From: Balanoglossus misakiensis
Taxonomy: Eukaryota; Animalia; Hemichordata
Length of the DNA: 64,000 nucleotides
Assembly: GCA_040954595.2 (NCBI GenBank)
Contig: CM082584.2
Span: forward strand, 2,015,344 to 2,079,343
Direction: 5' to 3'
The notes under the pieces are model-generated. The model was not told the origin of the DNA. It saw nothing but the letters and a program-made list of their open reading frames with translations, and did not search any database. The translations under genes were made by a program, and so were the position numbers. Positions 63,090 through 64,000 of the stretch are shown piece by piece (position 1 is the first letter of the stretch; each line of letters begins with the position of its first letter).

Positions 63090-64000
63090 ATGCCGGGTTC
63101 AGAGATTTGTCCTTCCATGACTAGAGAAGCAATCAGGGATCGTCACATACGTCGGGTGCGGGATAACACTGTCCGCGGAAATGTTGATTTTGTTGCCCCA
63201 ACTACTGAAGATAAGACAGCAATTCAACGTAAAATTTCAAAGCTTCGAACTCTGATGAAGGAGGGTAGGGCAACAAATTTTGACGTGTTATCAACGGTAC
63301 TTGATTTCTTCCTGACGAGTCACGAAACGAACGGCAATGGTGGTATGCGTGACGAACCAGAAGAAGGTGCTTTCCACGAACCAGTGTACCAGAGGTGTCC
63401 AATAGAACGGACCAGATGTATTTGACAACGACCCTCTCTGTCCAGAACCTCGTAAAAACTGTCGAATCACACTCCGGAGCATGTCGAGGAACTCTTGCCT
63501 CAAAGCGCACGACTATGATGGGCCACGCGGGGAGGGTCAGTTTCAAGTGCGAGGAAGATCACGGATTCAATTGGAATTCTTCGCCGTATTTACCGAACGG
63601 GAGACTACTCGTCAACTACAGGTAAGTGTAAATACAGTGACATTGTATGATACGGACTTATATTGTTTTGTCATCTTTTATTTACCAAGAATACGTCAAT
63701 GTATTATGCTCTCGCGTCGTAACTTTGAAATGCTATGAACATTATCCAACAGATTGTTACACGGGTTGTTGTCAGCTGGCGTACGGACGCGGACTTATGA
63801 CACTGTAACCAGCAGTGCAAATATGGGGTCGTTGAAGGACAAGTATAGAACGAAATGTAAGCTTACACTTTCTTATAGCTGAAACTATCTAGTTTTATAT
63901 TTATTTGTGATCAGTCCTACTTTTAGTGTGGTCAACTTACATTGATTCTCAGACTGTTTCAATATAGTGTATGACCATGGAGTTACAGACATGACTGCAG
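63090..64000 (+). pseudogene. 5' part of a spliced Kolobok-like transposase (frameshift near 63400; runs off the window)
   Basis: HSGAC...FKCEEDHGFNWNSSP...VNYR|LLHGLLSAG resembles the zinc-ribbon/WxS(S/Q)P...N region of Kolobok-type transposases. Donors gtaagt (63622) and gtaagc. The catalytic core is not in the window. Confidence 0.5.

Overview
AT-rich, intron-containing animal DNA, probably from a marine invertebrate (the taxon is inferred from the repeat repertoire only). It is almost entirely decayed host exons, two local segmental duplications and nested transposons. Host remnants on the minus strand are a disabled MED25-like gene (vWA-domain and low-complexity exons, about 15.2-33.3 kb, partly duplicated) followed by calcium-binding EGF exons (0.37-14.7 kb). 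Three tyrosine-recombinase (YR) elements are present: a DIRS1-type retrotransposon (2275-7934), a Crypton (17548-19459) and an Ngaro-type retrotransposon (20833-25735). Each has an empty-site paralog in the window, so the integration cores can be read directly. An apparently intact IS3EU-type DNA transposon (42760-50834) carries a DDE integrase and a convergent SAM-HECT E3-ligase gene. Also present are a 3.6 kb foldback made of two left ends of a related IS3EU family, a decayed RAG1/Transib/CMC-like transposase, the start of a Kolobok-like transposase, and many MITEs. Leading candidate for new biology: two sequence-unrelated Crypton-type families share a terminal fold-back plus an internal complement of the circle junction with the same 6-nt versus 4-nt mismatched core, suggesting integration from a folded single-stranded att site as in CTXphi attP or integron attC. 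Second: the IS3EU element has mirrored TIR-borne first exons, an intact HECT ligase, and an antisense copy of its own catalytic core inside its intron. All calls are by eye; no database searches were run.
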